This document shows positions 61,611-64,000 of a stretch of 64,000 bases of DNA, in pieces. Position numbers and translations under genes: made by a program. Numbering within the stretch: position 1 is the stretch's first letter; each line of letters starts with the position of its first letter. The notes under the pieces were generated by a model. That model saw only the letters and a program-made list of their open reading frames with translations. It was not told the DNA's origin and did no database searches. Location: positions 915 to 64,914 of the forward strand of contig NZBT01000006.1 of NCBI GenBank assembly GCA_002688015.1, in the 5' to 3' direction. Source of the stretch: Candidatus Pacearchaeota archaeon. GTDB taxonomy: Archaea > Nanobdellota > Nanobdellia > Pacearchaeales > GW2011-AR1.

Positions 61611-63014
61611 TTACTTTGTAACTCTTCTAAACCATGAGATTTCTGATTGGAATGATCTAATTGGATGAGCAATTTCAACATGCATGTGGGGGAGTTTTTC
61701 CATTTTATTAATCTCTTTTATTCTTGACAATATGGAGAGAGGAAGAATAAGTCTTAGTACTGCAGAGGCGGCAAAGACAAAAAAGAATGCATTTATTGGG
61801 ATAAATGATGGTGAGTACTTTACTAGGAAAGCTCCGATAAGCGCCCCTAGGAACATGCCGACCCCTATCATTACATGGGTGTATGAAATTCCTACTGCTC
61901 TATGTTGTTCTGAAAGAGAGTCATAAGTGAATTTTGTGAAAGCCATAAGGAATGCTGCGTTTGCTATTCCACTGATAAGTTGGGGGAAAATGATTAATAA
62001 TATTGGAGATTTTAGGAAAATCCAGAATAGAGGATAGGAAGCAAAGAGAATTGTTGATAGATAGAATAGTCTTATGTTGCCAAAACGGTCTGCAAACTTT
62101 CCAGCTAAAGGAGAGAGCGCTAGATAGAATACAGATGCAGACATTGCAACAACTATGAATGTTGTGTAAGAATAGTTTAGAGATTCAAGCATGTATACTG
62201 CAAAGAATGGAGAGGCAATCATTAAAGCAAAATGAAATAGAAATTGATAAATTGTGAATTTACTGTAATTTCCATTTTTAAATATGAAAGAGAAAAAGGA
62301 TAATTCAGGGTCTCTTTTTTGTTTGAATTTTGGAGAGTATTGTTTTTTGAATAACATTACAGAGACAATTCTAAATGTTGCTGCAAGAGCGAAGAGAATA
62401 GCGAATCCTATTAAAGCCAGACCCTTTGTTTTGAATATATCTAAAAAGAATGCGGAAATAACTGTCGCTGTTAGGCCAACAAAGCCTGCTATTTTCGTTC
62501 TCATTCCGAAATATCTTCCACGATCTTTGCCGGGGACAATATCTCCCATCCATGAAAACCATGCTGGATATGCCATTCCTCCGAATGCAACTAAGATTGC
62601 GTAGAGAACGATTAATGCATAGGGTAAGTAGGAAGCAAAGAATCCGTTAATGAATAGGAATGAAAGTGAGATAATTGGAATCCACATTAGAGCTTGGATT
62701 AATACAAAATTTATGACAAGTTTTTTTCTTGACTTTTGTTCAAGAAGTTTTGAGCCGTAGAGTTGTGAGAATGGGCCAACTAAACTTGCTAAAGAAGAGA
62801 GAAGACCTATTTGGAATGGAGTTGAATTTAGAGCAAGTGCAAAAGGAGTTATGTATGAACCTCCGAGGTTTAGAGAGATGTTTGAGAAGGCACCTTCCTT
62901 AATGCTAATGCCTAGGGCTTTTTGTTTTTCATGAACTTTTCTTAGAGAGGAAGCTTCAACATCTTTTTCTACGTAAGAAAGGTCAGATGATTTTTGAAAT
63001 AATTGGGGAAACAT
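61611..63014 (-). CDS. Major facilitator superfamily transporter
   Basis: About 12 hydrophobic helices with the MFS-like loop motif GDIVPGKDRGRYFGMR between TM2-3-equivalent helices. 467 aa. Confidence 0.75.
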   Translation of the reverse strand: MFPQLFQKSSDLSYVEKDVEASSLRKVHEKQKALGISIKEGAFSNISLNLGGSYITPFALALNSTPFQIGLLSSLASLVGPFSQLYGSKLLEQKSRKKLVINFVLIQALMWIPIISLSFLFINGFFASYLPYALIVLYAILVAFGGMAYPAWFSWMGDIVPGKDRGRYFGMRTKIAGFVGLTATVISAFFLDIFKTKGLALIGFAILFALAATFRIVSVMLFKKQYSPKFKQKRDPELSFFSFIFKNGNYSKFTIYQFLFHFALMIASPFFAVYMLESLNYSYTTFIVVAMSASVFYLALSPLAGKFADRFGNIRLFYLSTILFASYPLFWIFLKSPILLIIFPQLISGIANAAFLMAFTKFTYDSLSEQHRAVGISYTHVMIGVGMFLGALIGAFLVKYSPSFIPINAFFFVFAASAVLRLILPLSILSRIKEINKMEKLPHMHVEIAHPIRSFQSEISWFRRVTK

Positions 63015-63119
63015 TAGTTTATTAAGAGAATATGGATTAAAAAAGATTTGCTATTCAAATCTTTAACCATCGCTTAGTAAAGCATCAGGTAAAAAAGGTG
63101 TTGATTGGTTTTGTTGTGT

Positions 63120-63986
63120 TCAGGCTGGATTTGACTCAACGTCTGGCATATTTTCTTGAGGGATATCTATACTTCTTTGTGCTGAGTATTGAGGGGGTCG
63201 TAAACCAATTCTTTCTCTTGGAACTTCTAAGCTTGGATCTCTGAATGAAGTATATCCAACGTCTCCTAAATTGTCTAATCCTACCATTGTGACTTTTTCT
63301 CCAGAAGCTAGGAGAGTTCCGACTCTATGCATTATTGACTGAGAAAGAATTTGAGTTCCCCTGAATGTTATTCTGTAAGCTGCTCCAGATTTTGCGCCAT
63401 TGACAATTTTCCCACTTTTTAGTTTATCTCCAAGATGTTTTAAGTTTTCGGGAGATAATCCACTCTTTATTACTATTTCTGTTGCGCCTTCGTGATATGC
63501 TTGTCTTCCGAATTCAGGTTTATCTAAGAAGATAGTTATTAATCTTAGTTCTCTTTCTGAGTCTTCTGATCTTTCAGCTCTTGCTCTTAGTACATATGGT
63601 GTAAGGTGTTTGTCTGTTTTTCTTAATCCTATATCGAATGAAAATTCTGCGCAATTTTTTCTTTGTTTTAGTTCTTCTATTGCTTCATTGAATAGTTTAG
63701 TATCTTCTTCATTTAGGAAGTCTTCAAATTTTCTTCCTTTGAGAGAATCATAGTCATGTTGGAGATTTGCTCTTGCTTGTTTTGATAGGTTTAGAACTTT
63801 TACCATTTCTCCTTCAGGAGTTATTGCAACTGCTAAACTGTCTTTTTTCCTTCTTTGTTTGTTGGAGATTGCTTCTTCTATTGCACTTTTGTATGCAGAA
63901 CTAGCTAATGTTTCGAGAGCTTTCATTCTAGAGAATAATCCTTCAATCAGTTCTTGTTTGTCTGCGTTCTCATCAAAGGCTTCCAT
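63120..63986 (-). CDS. Hypothetical protein with a PAS-like middle segment
   Basis: ITPEGEMVKVLNLSKQARANL...GRKFEDFLNEEDTKLFNEAIEELK...FSFDIGLRKTD...LRARAE resembles a PAS fold (weak). ATG at 63986. Confidence 0.5.
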   Translation of the reverse strand: MEAFDENADKQELIEGLFSRMKALETLASSAYKSAIEEAISNKQRRKKDSLAVAITPEGEMVKVLNLSKQARANLQHDYDSLKGRKFEDFLNEEDTKLFNEAIEELKQRKNCAEFSFDIGLRKTDKHLTPYVLRARAERSEDSERELRLITIFLDKPEFGRQAYHEGATEIVIKSGLSPENLKHLGDKLKSGKIVNGAKSGAAYRITFRGTQILSQSIMHRVGTLLASGEKVTMVGLDNLGDVGYTSFRDPSLEVPRERIGLRPPQYSAQRSIDIPQENMPDVESNPA

Positions 63987-64000
63987 GTATCTGTCTTGAA

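Overview
AT-rich (about one-third G+C by eye, not computed), very gene-dense archaeal chromosomal segment. The archaeal assignment rests on TBP, TFS, MCM, aRF1, aIF2-beta, L15e, NAC, Sec61-beta, GatD/GatE and deoxyhypusine synthase. Compact protein versions, giant surface proteins and many orphans suggest a DPANN-like small-genome archaeon, but that is inference. I support about 80 protein genes and 5 tRNAs: Arg-TCG, Asn-GTT, Lys-CTT, Gly-CCC and Ile-GAT. Most genes have an A/T-rich TATA-like box about 25 nt upstream of the ATG, suggesting leaderless mRNAs. A few, such as ftsZ and the 50-aa basic protein, have a GGAGG/GGTGA Shine-Dalgarno instead. I saw no rRNA, CRISPR array, transposase, integrase or reverse transcriptase. 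Housekeeping content includes all subunits of both tRNA-dependent amidotransferases (gatB, gatD, gatE, gatC-like, gatA) with aspS and proS inside 15 kb. It also includes valS, metG, ftsZ, minD, mcm, an RPA-like protein, topoisomerase IA, an Nre-like protein, nth and a bacterial-type mnmA. Most noteworthy non-standard signals: (1) Two copies of a conserved 59-nt leader module. Each holds a 20-codon ORF whose TGA overlaps (ATGA) the start of an envelope-related gene: a 1527-aa surface protein and an acylphosphatase-UppS fusion. (2) A 16-nt palindrome-containing element 11-12 nt downstream of two convergent tRNAs, forming inverted repeats around a 1.4-kb segment. (3) A 50-aa Lys/Ala-repeat basic protein that the ORF track missed. 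(4) Two genes interrupted at T homopolymers, and one 121-codon open frame with no canonical start. (5) Paralogous surface-protein anchor modules, tandem paralogs upstream of minD, and an MBL/NTase/DHH gene trio. All functional calls come from motif recognition by eye; no database search was run.
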